From an uncultured cyanobacterium (GTDB taxonomy: Bacteria > Cyanobacteriota > Cyanobacteriia > Cyanobacteriales > Nostocaceae): a stretch of 64,000 nt of DNA. The DNA lies in the NCBI GenBank assembly GCA_963706595.1, contig OY970166.1, positions 2,912,001 to 2,976,000 of the forward strand. Reading direction: 5' to 3'. Position numbers and translations under genes: made by a program. Below, one piece after another: positions 30,792 to 40,339 of the stretch (its first letter is position 1; each line of letters starts with the position of its first letter). The notes beneath the pieces were generated by a model, which saw nothing but the letters and a program-made list of their open reading frames with translations, ran no database searches and was not told the origin of the DNA.

Positions 30792-32090
30792 ATGTATGGT
30801 TGTCAGCAAAGTCTAGTTAATCCAGATGAAGGACTCAAAGCAGTCCTTGAGTTTATTTGCTCAGAGTCCCATAAGTTAACAAACTGCGGCATCTATTATG
30901 CTCGTCAACTATTTTTTAAAACAGGCAAGTTGATTGGTAAATATGACCTTGAAAAAGAATATAAAACCAATAAACATTATCAGTTTTTACACTCCCAAGC
31001 AGCACAACAAATACTTAGGTCTGTCGCCGAATCGTTCAAGTCTTTTAAGGAGCTAGATAAAAAGTACAGTAGAGGCGAGTTGCATTTTAAGCCTAAATTG
31101 CCCAAGTATCGAAAAGGTAAAGGCTATGCGCTTGTGACTTATCCTAAGCAAGCGCTGAAAATTGTTGACAACAATATAAAAATACCCTTGGGCAATACCG
31201 TTAAACGTTGGTTTAAACTTGACAGTTTCCTGCTACCAATGCCTTCTAACCTGAAATTTGCAGATATCAAGGAGCTAAGAATACTACCAAGAAACCAATG
31301 CTTTTATGCTGAATTTGTCTATGAGCAAGAATCTGCACCAGAGCTAGAGTTAAATCTAGAATACGCATTGGCTGTTGATCCAGGCATTAACAACTGGTTA
31401 AGTTGCGTTTCTAATGTTGGAACCAGTTTTATTATTGATGGGCGTAAAGTTAAATCGCTGAATCAGTGGTACAACAAACGTATTTCAACATTAAAAGAAG
31501 GCAAGCCTCAAGGTTATTGGGACAGCCAGCTATCTCATATGACCGAAAAACGTAATAGACAGATACGGGATGCTGTGAATAAAGCAGCTAAGTTAGTAGT
31601 TAGCCATTGTATTGAGCATCAAATTGGTACTTTAGTTTTTGGATGGAACCAAGGACAAAAGCAAAATGCTCAATTAGGTAAAACAACGCAATCTTTTGTA
31701 CAAATACCAACTGCTAAATTAAAGGAACGAGTTAAACAACTGTGCGAATACTACGGCATCAATTTTGTTGAAACTGAAGAATCGTATACCAGCAAAGCTA
31801 GTTTTCTAGATGGTGATTTTCTGCCTATTTTCGGCGCAAAACCTGAAGGGTGGACACCAAGCGGAAGGCGAGTAAAACGTGGTATGTATCGGACTAACAA
31901 AGGCATTCTAATCAACGCTGATTTGAATGGAGCCGCAAACATAATGCGAAAAGTAGAGACACAATTAGGTTTAAGCCTAGTCAAGGTCTGTAGGCAAGTT
32001 TTGACCCTTGCTACCAGATTTCGTATCTGGGAAACCAAAACTAAGAAGCGGAGAGGGACGGCTTTAGCCTCCCTCGTAGCAACAGTTTAG
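30792..32090 (+). CDS. tnpB: RNA-guided endonuclease TnpB
   Basis: AAGGAGG RBS before ATG 30792; RuvC-I AVDPGINN, EESYTSK, RuvC-III INADLNGAANI. Confidence 0.92.
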   Translation: MYGCQQSLVNPDEGLKAVLEFICSESHKLTNCGIYYARQLFFKTGKLIGKYDLEKEYKTNKHYQFLHSQAAQQILRSVAESFKSFKELDKKYSRGELHFKPKLPKYRKGKGYALVTYPKQALKIVDNNIKIPLGNTVKRWFKLDSFLLPMPSNLKFADIKELRILPRNQCFYAEFVYEQESAPELELNLEYALAVDPGINNWLSCVSNVGTSFIIDGRKVKSLNQWYNKRISTLKEGKPQGYWDSQLSHMTEKRNRQIRDAVNKAAKLVVSHCIEHQIGTLVFGWNQGQKQNAQLGKTTQSFVQIPTAKLKERVKQLCEYYGINFVETEESYTSKASFLDGDFLPIFGAKPEGWTPSGRRVKRGMYRTNKGILINADLNGAANIMRKVETQLGLSLVKVCRQVLTLATRFRIWETKTKKRRGTALASLVATV

Positions 32091-32158
32091 AATCCCCGTC
32101 GCTTTAGCGCGGGGAGAGGTCAAAATAGAACAACAACTGATTGCGGACAGGGTTAATT

Positions 32159-33886
32159 ATGCTGGAACATGATGTGATTATTGTCGGAGGGGGATTGGCG
32201 GGATGTCGCGCGGCTATGGAAATTGCACGCACTGACCCTAGTTTAAATATCGCTTTGGTGGCGAAAACTCATCCCATCCGTTCCCATTCTGTCGCCGCCC
32301 AAGGTGGAATGGCGGCTTCTCTGAAAAATGTGGATTCTGAAGATAGTTGGGAAGCACACGCTTTTGATACTGTCAAGGGTTCTGACTATTTAGCCGACCA
32401 AGACGCAGTGGCTATTCTCACCCAAGAAGCCCCAGATGTGGTGATTGATTTGGAACATATCGGGGTTTTATTCTCGCGTTTACCTGATGGTCGCATTGCT
32501 CAACGAGCTTTTGGCGGACATTCTCACGATCGCACTTGCTACGCTGCGGATAAAACTGGTCATGCGATTCTGCACGAGTTGGTTAACAACCTGCGGCGTT
32601 TTGGTGTGCATATCTATGAAGAATGGTATGTAATGCGCTTGATTTTAGAATCAGGTGAGGCCAAGGGTGTGGTGATGTTTCACCTGCTAGATGGGCATAT
32701 AGAGGTGCTGCGGGCGAAGGCGGTAATGTTTGCCACTGGTGGCTATGGTCGCGTTTATAATACGACTTCTAATGATTATGCTTCTACAGGGGACGGTTTG
32801 GCGATGACGGCGATCGCAGGTTTACCCCTAGAAGATATGGAATTTGTCCAGTTTCACCCCACGGGTTTGTATCCGGTAGGGGTGCTGATTTCGGAAGCTG
32901 TGCGGGGAGAAGGAGCGTATTTAATTAATAGTGAAGGCGATCGCTTCATGAAAAATTACGCACCCAGTCGCATGGAATTAGCTCCTCGTGATATTACCTC
33001 ACGGGCGATATCTTACGAAATTCGCGCCGGGCGTGGTGTTCATCCTGATGGCAGTGCAGGGGGTCCCTGTGTTTATCTTGACCTGCGACACATGGGTAAA
33101 GAAAAAATTATGAGTCGTGTTCCCTTCTGTTGGGAAGAAGCCCACCGCTTAGTCGGTGTTGACGCAGTAACTCAGCCGATGCCGATTCGCCCCACAAATC
33201 ACTATTGTATGGGTGGTATCCCAGTGAACACCGATGGACGAGTTCGCAGCAGTGGAGATAATTTAGTTGAAGGCTTTTTTGCGGCTGGGGAGACAGCTTG
33301 TGTGTCTGTACACGGTGCTAATCGCCTTGGTAGTAACTCGCTACTAGAATGTATAGTTTATGGTAAGCGGACTGGGGCGGCGATCGCTCAATATGTGCAG
33401 AATCGTAAATTACCTGCTGTGAATGAAGAATACTACATCCAAGCAGCCCAGCAAGAAATCCAAGCCTTAATAGAACAGCCAGGGAAACATCGGATTAATC
33501 AAATTCGTCAAGCTTTCCAAGATTGTATGACTGAATGCTGTGCGGTTTTCCGGACTGAAGAAATTATGCGTGAAGGTTGGCAAAAAATCACTGAATTACA
33601 AGAAAAATATCCGCAAATATATTTAGACGACAAAGGTAGCTGCTGGAATACCGAACTTGTAGAAGCCTTAGAATTACGAAGTTTGATGGTGGTAGGACAA
33701 ACAATTCTGGCCTCAGCCCTAAATCGTCAAGAAAGTCGCGGCGCACACTTCCGGGAAGATTATCCCCAGCGAGACGATGCTAATTTTCTGCAACATACAA
33801 TGGCTTATTATTCACCCGCAGGCATTGATATTCAATATCGCCCCGTGGTAATTAATATGTTTGAGCCAAAAGAGCGAAAGTATTAG
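32159..33886 (+). CDS. sdhA: Succinate dehydrogenase/fumarate reductase flavoprotein subunit
   Basis: [53 protein letters not shown]. Confidence 0.96.
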   Translation: MLEHDVIIVGGGLAGCRAAMEIARTDPSLNIALVAKTHPIRSHSVAAQGGMAASLKNVDSEDSWEAHAFDTVKGSDYLADQDAVAILTQEAPDVVIDLEHIGVLFSRLPDGRIAQRAFGGHSHDRTCYAADKTGHAILHELVNNLRRFGVHIYEEWYVMRLILESGEAKGVVMFHLLDGHIEVLRAKAVMFATGGYGRVYNTTSNDYASTGDGLAMTAIAGLPLEDMEFVQFHPTGLYPVGVLISEAVRGEGAYLINSEGDRFMKNYAPSRMELAPRDITSRAISYEIRAGRGVHPDGSAGGPCVYLDLRHMGKEKIMSRVPFCWEEAHRLVGVDAVTQPMPIRPTNHYCMGGIPVNTDGRVRSSGDNLVEGFFAAGETACVSVHGANRLGSNSLLECIVYGKRTGAAIAQYVQNRKLPAVNEEYYIQAAQQEIQALIEQPGKHRINQIRQAFQDCMTECCAVFRTEEIMREGWQKITELQEKYPQIYLDDKGSCWNTELVEALELRSLMVVGQTILASALNRQESRGAHFREDYPQRDDANFLQHTMAYYSPAGIDIQYRPVVINMFEPKERKY

Positions 33887-33986
33887 GAATGTTCGCAAAT
33901 TAAATTATTCATTTTGTAGTCCTCTTTTGATGCAGAGATCGTTGAAGCAGGAATCGCATCATTTCTAGTCATGGGAGGTTCAAGTT

Positions 33987-34138
33987 TATAGGAATCCGAT
34001 TTGATTATTGAAAAAATCTAAGTATATGTAGGGTGTGTTATGGCTTTAGCCTAACGCACCGTCTTTTGGGGCTTGGTGCCGTACTCTCCTCGATAACACA
34101 CCCTACGTGTGTTTCATAAATCAAAGATGAATCCTATA
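33987..34138. mobile_element. MITE with TATAGGA..TTTGATT termini carrying two REP-like hairpins
   Basis: tataggaatccgatttgatt / aatcaaagatgaatcctata imperfect TIR; internal gtagggtgtgtt..aacacaccctac. Confidence 0.7.
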
Positions 34139-34226
34139 TTATGCAAAAAAACATAATTTTTCAAGACTTAACTCTCTTTTTATAGAGGACAAAAAAAATG
34201 GCAATTATAATAACTATTATGATTGA

Positions 34227-34332
34227 TATAGCAATTCCCATTCACGTGAGGTACAAGCACTAATAATTAAACGCAGATGGACGCAGATAAACGCAGATAA
34301 TTTTGTACTTTATTAGACTGGTAAATGCTATA
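34227..34332. mobile_element. MITE with TATAGC..GCTATA ends and internal ACGCAGAT repeats
   Basis: Near-identical partial copy at ~45017-45096. Confidence 0.7.
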
Positions 34333-34501
34333 TTGATATATAGTTCTTGACTAGTTTAGCTCTGCCTGGGAACTTTTTTTAAAAGCAATTCAATCATACT
34401 ATTAGAAGTGTGAAACACTATAAAACTTACTTTTAACCTGTCCCTTGTAACAGTCAAGTTAGAGTGTCCACAGACCACTGTAGTGTAAAGATGAAAAAGT
34501 T

Positions 34502-35008
34502 ATGAAAACAACAATTCCTGGGTATGCCTTATTATCAGTTTTTGGTGCAGCGCTTGCTTTTTCAAGTATTGTGCCAATAACTCCTGTTCAAGCCCAAAGG
34601 CACTGTCTCAGGACGACTAGACCAGAAATTACCGAACTTTTCGACCGATGGAACAGGTCTTTACAAACAGGTGATCCAAATTTAGTTACTCAGAATTATG
34701 CCAGAAATGCTATTTTGTTGCCGACAGTTTCCAACCAAGTGCGACGAAATCATGAAGAAATTCAGGATTATTTTGTCAAGTTCTTAAAAAAGAAACCCGT
34801 AGGCAAAATTAATTACCGTAGTATTCGCCTTTATTGCGATGTCGCTATTGATTCAGGGATATATACATTTACAGTCGTCAATAATGGTCAAATTCAGCAA
34901 GTTCCAGCAAGATATACCTTTGTCTATAATCGAGTTGGCAATCAATGGCTAATAGCAGAACATCACTCTTCAGCTATGCCAGAAACAATTACTAGCAGCG
35001 CTGAATAG
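34502..35008 (+). CDS. Secreted SgcJ/EcaC (COG4875, CaMKII-association-like) protein; candidate iota-class carbonic anhydrase
   Basis: Signal peptide, LFDRWN..LLPTVS, ARYTFVY, C-terminal HHSSAMPE. Confidence 0.8.
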   Translation: MKTTIPGYALLSVFGAALAFSSIVPITPVQAQRHCLRTTRPEITELFDRWNRSLQTGDPNLVTQNYARNAILLPTVSNQVRRNHEEIQDYFVKFLKKKPVGKINYRSIRLYCDVAIDSGIYTFTVVNNGQIQQVPARYTFVYNRVGNQWLIAEHHSSAMPETITSSAE

Positions 35009-35018
35009 GATTATTATT

Positions 35019-35377
35019 AGAGGATGTTTTAAAAGTCTTATTGTCGGTAGCAAAACATTCTAGATCCCCCTAAATCCCCCTTAAAAAGGGGGACTTTGAT
35101 TCTAATTCCCCCCTTTTCAAGGCAGGGCTGTTTCATTCCATCAGGAGGGAGGATTTGTCAATATCATTAGGGATAATTTTTGGGACATAAGTCATGGAAA
35201 ACCTACATTTCAATCCAAAAAATTCAAATTTTTCTCAGGATATTTAGAGCGATCGCTTTAAATATCCCTTGACATAATAAGCCTTTGAGGGAATGAAACA
35301 GCCCTGCTTTTCAAGGGGGGATAGGGGGGATCATTAAGTGCCTAAAATCACAGCCGGACACTTTTCAAACAACCTCT
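35019..35377. mobile_element. MITE (AGAGG.TGTTT.AAAAGT termini) hosting a nested MITE
   Basis: agaggatgttttaaaagt / acttttcaaacaacctct, 16 of 18 positions complementary. Confidence 0.75.
35123..35306. mobile_element. Nested MITE, 184 bp, 17-bp perfect TIR, 10-bp TSD
   Basis: cagggctgtttcattcc / ggaatgaaacagccctg; TSD cttttcaagg at 35113-35122 and 35307-35316. Confidence 0.9.
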
Positions 35378-35461
35378 TAGGGATAAAATCAAAGTGGAGT
35401 TAAGCAAAATTTATTGTTGCTTGACTCCTACTAAAGATAGATGTATAATTGATATCAAATC

Positions 35462-35580
35462 GAAGGGGAGTAGCTGCTGGTACGTAAGTTTTAATTTACA
35501 AGCCAGTGCATCTGAATCAACATACTGGCGATGAGCCTGGTTCAGATGACAAATAAAAAATATTTGGTAGCGAGACCTTC
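35462..35580 (+). ncRNA. yybP-ykoY manganese riboswitch
   Basis: AAGGGGAGTAGC...ATCAACATACTGG...GCGAGACCTT signature in the leader of a GDT1/TMEM165 gene. Confidence 0.85.
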
Positions 35581-35679
35581 ACTGAGTTTACACAAAAAAT
35601 TGTGTGAAGCTCTCAGTGAAGTCTGACCACTCTCATTGAAGCTCCACACAGGTAAAAAATCCTTCAGGAGTTTGAGAGA

Positions 35680-36294
35680 GTGTTAACAGCATTTACAGCA
35701 GGTTTATTCCTAATTACAATTTCGGAGCTAGGGGATAAAACATTTTTTATCGCTGTCATTTTGGCGATGAAACACTCGCGAAAGCTAGTCTTCATCGGTG
35801 TGGCATCCGCCTTAGCTGCGATGACAATTATATCGGTACTATTTGGGCAAGTTGTATCTTTATTGCCACAAACTTATGTGAAATACGCCGAAATAGTTTT
35901 ATTTTTTGCCTTTGGGATAAAGCTGTTATATGCAGCTAGTAAAATGTCTGGTGGTAACTGTGAGACAGAAGTCAATGAGGCTAAAGAGGCAGTAGAAAAA
36001 GCCGAGTCAGAAACAAATATAAAAACTCCTTTAGCAATTTTAATAGAAGCCTTTACACTCACATTTGTAGCAGAATGGGGCGATCGCACACAAATTGCTA
36101 CCATTGCCCTAGCCGCCAGCTATAACGCCGTAGGAGTCGCTGCGGGTGCAGTTTTAGGACACGCAATTTGTACCGCGATCGCAGTCATTGGCGGTAAACT
36201 CATAGCCGGACGCATTTCCGAACGTCAACTCACCTTTGCCGGCGGCTGTCTATTTCTGATTTTTGGTATCGTTGCGGCTGTAGAAGGAATTTGA
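35680..36294 (+). CDS. TMEM165/GDT1 (UPF0016) Mn2+ exporter, Mnx/SynPAM71-like
   Basis: Two ExGD(K/R)T motifs: SELGDKT and AEWGDRT. Confidence 0.92.
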   Translation: MLTAFTAGLFLITISELGDKTFFIAVILAMKHSRKLVFIGVASALAAMTIISVLFGQVVSLLPQTYVKYAEIVLFFAFGIKLLYAASKMSGGNCETEVNEAKEAVEKAESETNIKTPLAILIEAFTLTFVAEWGDRTQIATIALAASYNAVGVAAGAVLGHAICTAIAVIGGKLIAGRISERQLTFAGGCLFLIFGIVAAVEGI

Positions 36295-36413
36295 GGTGGG
36301 GAGTTGGAAGAAGCAGGGGGGCAGGGAGCAGGGTGCAGGGGGGAGTTGGAAATTACTACTTTATACTCCCGGCTGCTGAATAACCTTTCCTCTTCTCCCC
36401 TACCCCTATATCC

Positions 36414-37289
36414 TTATTCTTCAGCAGGAGTTGAGGGCGATTCAGCAGGCGCTGGCGCTGGCGCAGGAGAGGGAGAAGCCGCCGCCCTGTTAATTTCATC
36501 CTTGTATTGAGCAGGTGCTAAAGCCACAGCGCTATCAAATAAAGGTTTAGCCTCTTCAACTTTGCCTTGTTCTCTGAAAAGCATTGCTTTTGCTAAAACG
36601 GGACGAAAATCTTGAGGATCTTTCTTAATTGCTTGCTCATAGACAGAAGTAGCTTGAGGATAGCGCTTCTGGGAAGCATGAACAGTCCCTAATAGCACCT
36701 GTACAGCCACCGTATCCACACTTCCCGGCTGAATTTTATTTCCCTGATCTGCATTGGAAAGGGTCTGTTCAAGCAAACCAACGGCGGATTCAGGACGTTG
36801 CTGATCTAACAACAGAGCAACCATGCCCTGCAAAGCCTTTAAATCACCGGGTTTAGTGTCTAAAATGGAGCGATAAGCTTGAGCTGCGCCTTCTTGGTCG
36901 CCCAGTTGCTGCTTTGCTTGAGCTAACAGCACTCCATATTCTGACTGTTGCGGATTGAGTTTAGCTAGCTTTTCTAGCGGCTCAATTACTCCTTGAATCT
37001 CACCTTGTTTTAAACTGAGCAGTTGTAGCCTCGCCTGCAATAAGCCATTCAGCGCAGTTTGATTTTCTGGTTCCCGTTGCAAAACCAATTCATAACCTCG
37101 TACTTCGTCTTGCAACTTTGATAATTGGTCAGAGGAAGGTACGCTGCTGTTAGTGCTGGCGGCATTTTGGTTTGAGGACGACGGATTATTAATGGCGCTA
37201 ATAATAGGAATGACCGAAACGCCCACAAAAGCAGAAACTGCGAGCGCTAAGATGATCCTAACTAGCCAACGATTGCGCGGTTGAGACAC
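36414..37289 (-). CDS. Membrane-anchored TPR protein
   Basis: N-terminal TM segment, repeated TPR helices (VLQREPEN, IKKDPQDFRP). Confidence 0.85.
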   Translation of the reverse strand: MSQPRNRWLVRIILALAVSAFVGVSVIPIISAINNPSSSNQNAASTNSSVPSSDQLSKLQDEVRGYELVLQREPENQTALNGLLQARLQLLSLKQGEIQGVIEPLEKLAKLNPQQSEYGVLLAQAKQQLGDQEGAAQAYRSILDTKPGDLKALQGMVALLLDQQRPESAVGLLEQTLSNADQGNKIQPGSVDTVAVQVLLGTVHASQKRYPQATSVYEQAIKKDPQDFRPVLAKAMLFREQGKVEEAKPLFDSAVALAPAQYKDEINRAAASPSPAPAPAPAESPSTPAEE

Positions 37290-37664
37290 AGTTTTGTCTT
37301 ACTCCAGAATTCAAACGACATGATCATTTACATAAATCGGAAAGCGAAAAATTTCCAAAACCTTGCGGAATACCGCCAATTGCCTGTGAATTTTATAACA
37401 ATTAACTATTCACATTGCCAAAGTAAGTGATGACTTTAGGAGGAGCCGTCAGAATTGTACTTATGATATGCTTCCGAAACTAGTGTAAAGGCTCTCAGTT
37501 ACATTAGCGTATTAATGCAAATGTAGCGTCTTTACCATTGTCTTGGGCGCTCTGGTGTAGGTTTATGAAAAGCCAATATAGTTTCATCAACCGCACAAAC
37601 GCTTTTTTTCCATTGCCTTCGTAAAATCCCATTATGGGATGTATCTCCGCCGCAAGGAGTTTTT

Positions 37665-38657
37665 ATGAATTCCGACCTGATGCCTTTGCCTGAATCTTCC
37701 AACTCTTCTACCAACCATCAGCCTCTAACCTATAAAGAGGCTACCGCTAATGTTCATACAGTAGCAGTGCATGACTCTAAGCCAGAAAAATCCTCCGTTC
37801 AGCCTGGGGAAACTACCTCAAATGGAAACCTAAGTCATCGCCTGCGACCGATTCCACCTCCCAGTGAGCCGATGCAGTACCGAGCCATCGGGTTAGTCCG
37901 AGGTCGTTACCTTGCTAGCAGCGAACAATTTACTCAAGGTATACTGCTAACCAAAGATGGTGTAGAACTCAACGCCGTCCTACTCGGCCGGATTATGAGC
38001 TTAGTCAAAAATCACCTTGATTTAGAAAAAGATCATTTGTGGGTAGTTTATCCCCGCACACGCCAAGAAAACGACACCTTGCACCTCCAAATTGTTGGGG
38101 TTTGGGAGCCAGAAAATCTGGCTCAACAGCCAACAGAGGAGGAAAAGCCAGATTCGGGTTCCCAAAAGTTGCAGACAACTGATGATCATGTACCCGAAAA
38201 CCAAGAAGAATTTTCTGATGGTAGTTTTTCTGTTCGTGGCGAAGTGGTGTACCAGTCTTTTGACGCTAAGAGCTTAGTGGTCAAAATTAAGCAAGCGCCG
38301 CGCAAATCAACCGATAAACCCAAATATTTTAAGTTGAAACTGCGGGGTGTACTGAGTACCAAAGCCGTGAGCAAGTTCTGGGACTTTAAAGCCAAGCGGG
38401 AAGCTGACGTATTAGTAGTAGAAAAAGCCGAAGCGATCGCCGATCTGCCCAAAAAACGCAAACCACCCTTCAAAGGTGGCTTTCGTGCTGGTGGTGGTGC
38501 TGGTGGCGCTGGGAGAAAACCATTTCCCCCTAGACGCAGTGGAGAAACCCCAAAACCAATCAAGAAAACAGCCGGCGAACCATCGGCGGTATCCAAACCT
38601 ATACCAAAAGCCCCAGCGCCTAAGCCTATTAAACGGCCAAAGCCAACTCAGGAGTAG
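37665..38657 (+). CDS. Conserved cyanobacterial hypothetical protein
   Basis: PIPPPSEPMQYRAIGLVRG, HLWVVYPRT, FSVRGEV, Lys/Pro-rich tail; AAGGAG RBS. Confidence 0.75.
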   Translation: MNSDLMPLPESSNSSTNHQPLTYKEATANVHTVAVHDSKPEKSSVQPGETTSNGNLSHRLRPIPPPSEPMQYRAIGLVRGRYLASSEQFTQGILLTKDGVELNAVLLGRIMSLVKNHLDLEKDHLWVVYPRTRQENDTLHLQIVGVWEPENLAQQPTEEEKPDSGSQKLQTTDDHVPENQEEFSDGSFSVRGEVVYQSFDAKSLVVKIKQAPRKSTDKPKYFKLKLRGVLSTKAVSKFWDFKAKREADVLVVEKAEAIADLPKKRKPPFKGGFRAGGGAGGAGRKPFPPRRSGETPKPIKKTAGEPSAVSKPIPKAPAPKPIKRPKPTQE

Positions 38658-38678
38658 GGAGTAGGGAGTAGGGAGTAG
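38651..38678 (+). repeat. Heptamer tandem repeat (GGAGTAG)x4, STRR-like
   Basis: Read directly; the first unit contains the stop codon of the upstream gene. Confidence 0.85.
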
Positions 38679-38712
38679 GGGGGAAGAACCTTCTCCATCC
38701 CAGTCCCCAACC

Positions 38713-39882
38713 CTAAAAGTCCGTCCAACGGTCTTGGGGTAAAAATGACCTGTCCATCGGAATGGGAGCCACAGGTTCGGTGAGGGTAAAAGTACCTGCG
38801 GAAATCCATTGTTTTAATTCTGTGGCAATTTGCCGAGAAAAAAACATACTGGCTAGGGGAGCAACTCTCACAGTTTTACCCTCAATGGTGATGCGCCCAG
38901 ACTTGAGTTGGGCGTAACTCACTAAACCAAAGGTAGGACGAACGCGCCGAGGAATCGAAAAGTCTACGATGGGCGCGACTAAATCTTTATCTTGAACACT
39001 ACAGCATTTAACTACTTCTTCGTTTAATACCGGGAGGGGGACACCTACACCCAGCATTAACGAGGGACCATAGCTTTTAAAGTAACAACCCCGCACCCAA
39101 CGCGCATCCATTTGTTTGGCATCTCCGATTAAGGCTAAAGTGGCAGAGGGGCCAATGGGTGTACGATTGGGTAAACGCTTTTGTAAGGGGAAGTGTTGAG
39201 TACCTTCCCAAGCGACGTAGCCAATACCGCCACCTAAAAAAATACGTGTACCAATGCCAACAAGTTGCAAATCGGGGTCGTTAAGTAAGGGGGAAATTGC
39301 TCCAGGGTTAGAGTAAACGGCATTTCCTAAACTCGGTTGTAATGGTCCGAGGTAAGTAAATAGTGGGCGATCGCCTCCGTTCACACCTACAATAAAATTC
39401 TGGTAAAGATTACGTGGATTGAATAAATAAAACTGATTAATGGTGTCACGGGTAACAGTAGTTTCAAAAGTCGCTCGTGGGTAACAATCTGTGACTTGTC
39501 CTTGAGCTTTTACGTGTACAGGTTTCCCGGCGATTAAGTTCTCAATTACATGACCACCACCATGTTCGCGGATTTCTTCCCCATCCATGACATCTACAGA
39601 ACAACTAGCACCCAAGTATAAATCGACTGCCCCAAAACCTGAGTATGCTGGTACGCCATCTATCCAACAGCGCCGAATTTTAATTGGGGGGTCAGTATGT
39701 CCGAGATTAATAATTGCACCACTGGATTCCATTGGCTCAAATGTCCCAGTAGTAATTACATCAACTTCTTTAGCAACTTTACTCACGCCGACTTCGGCTA
39801 CTCGTGCTTTTAATTCTTCAATTGTCAATACTACTGCACGTTTGCGGCTGATTTTTTCGTTAATTTCGGCAATTGTTCGCAT
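38713..39882 (-). CDS. DUF39 homocysteine biosynthesis protein (aspartate-semialdehyde sulfurtransferase-like)
   Basis: MRTIAEINEKI, VDVITTGTFEPM, GGGHVIE, TDCYPR, NPRN, IGTRIFLGG. Confidence 0.88.
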   Translation of the reverse strand: MRTIAEINEKISRKRAVVLTIEELKARVAEVGVSKVAKEVDVITTGTFEPMESSGAIINLGHTDPPIKIRRCWIDGVPAYSGFGAVDLYLGASCSVDVMDGEEIREHGGGHVIENLIAGKPVHVKAQGQVTDCYPRATFETTVTRDTINQFYLFNPRNLYQNFIVGVNGGDRPLFTYLGPLQPSLGNAVYSNPGAISPLLNDPDLQLVGIGTRIFLGGGIGYVAWEGTQHFPLQKRLPNRTPIGPSATLALIGDAKQMDARWVRGCYFKSYGPSLMLGVGVPLPVLNEEVVKCCSVQDKDLVAPIVDFSIPRRVRPTFGLVSYAQLKSGRITIEGKTVRVAPLASMFFSRQIATELKQWISAGTFTLTEPVAPIPMDRSFLPQDRWTDF

Positions 39883-40107
39883 CTTAAATATAATTTTCCG
39901 ATAAGTAATCCCGGTAGGTTGGGTTGTTCGCGTCAGCGTTGCGGAGCAATTTGCATTTTTCGTTCTTCCTGATAATTAGCTAATTTTTTCTCATACCATT
40001 TCTTTGTGAGGCTGCGCCGAATTTTTGAACCTTTTCTTTTCTGTCTCTGTGTCCTCTGCGTCTCTGTGGTTCGTTTAACTTTAAATTAGGCGCATCTTTA
40101 TACAGAA

Positions 40108-40285
40108 TAGGACTTAAACACTGTATAAATTAATCATGGTGTGCTATTACCAAAACAGCCAATTTCCGGCTTTGAACAATGATTATGTTGATAGTCAATA
40201 TACCCGTGTGGTAGGGGTTTAGCAATGCTAAACCCCTACGAAATATGTGCTTTTTAGTGTTAAACATATTTGGTATGTATTGTCA
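40108..40285. mobile_element. Inverted, one-end-truncated copy of the 23251-23439 MITE
   Basis: Closely matches the reverse complement of 23251-23439; second TIR missing. Confidence 0.8.
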
Positions 40286-40339
40286 ATATTATCAATGCTG
40301 TTGTTGGGTTGTACTGTCGCTTAACCCAACCTACATCTA

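Larger units (their letters stand above)
30470..32123 (+). mobile_element. IS200/IS605-family non-autonomous element (tnpB plus small RHH gene, no tnpA)
   Basis: Begins after TTAC (30466-30469) with subterminal hairpins; ends with hairpin tccccg..cgggga and TCAA (32120-32123). Confidence 0.8.
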
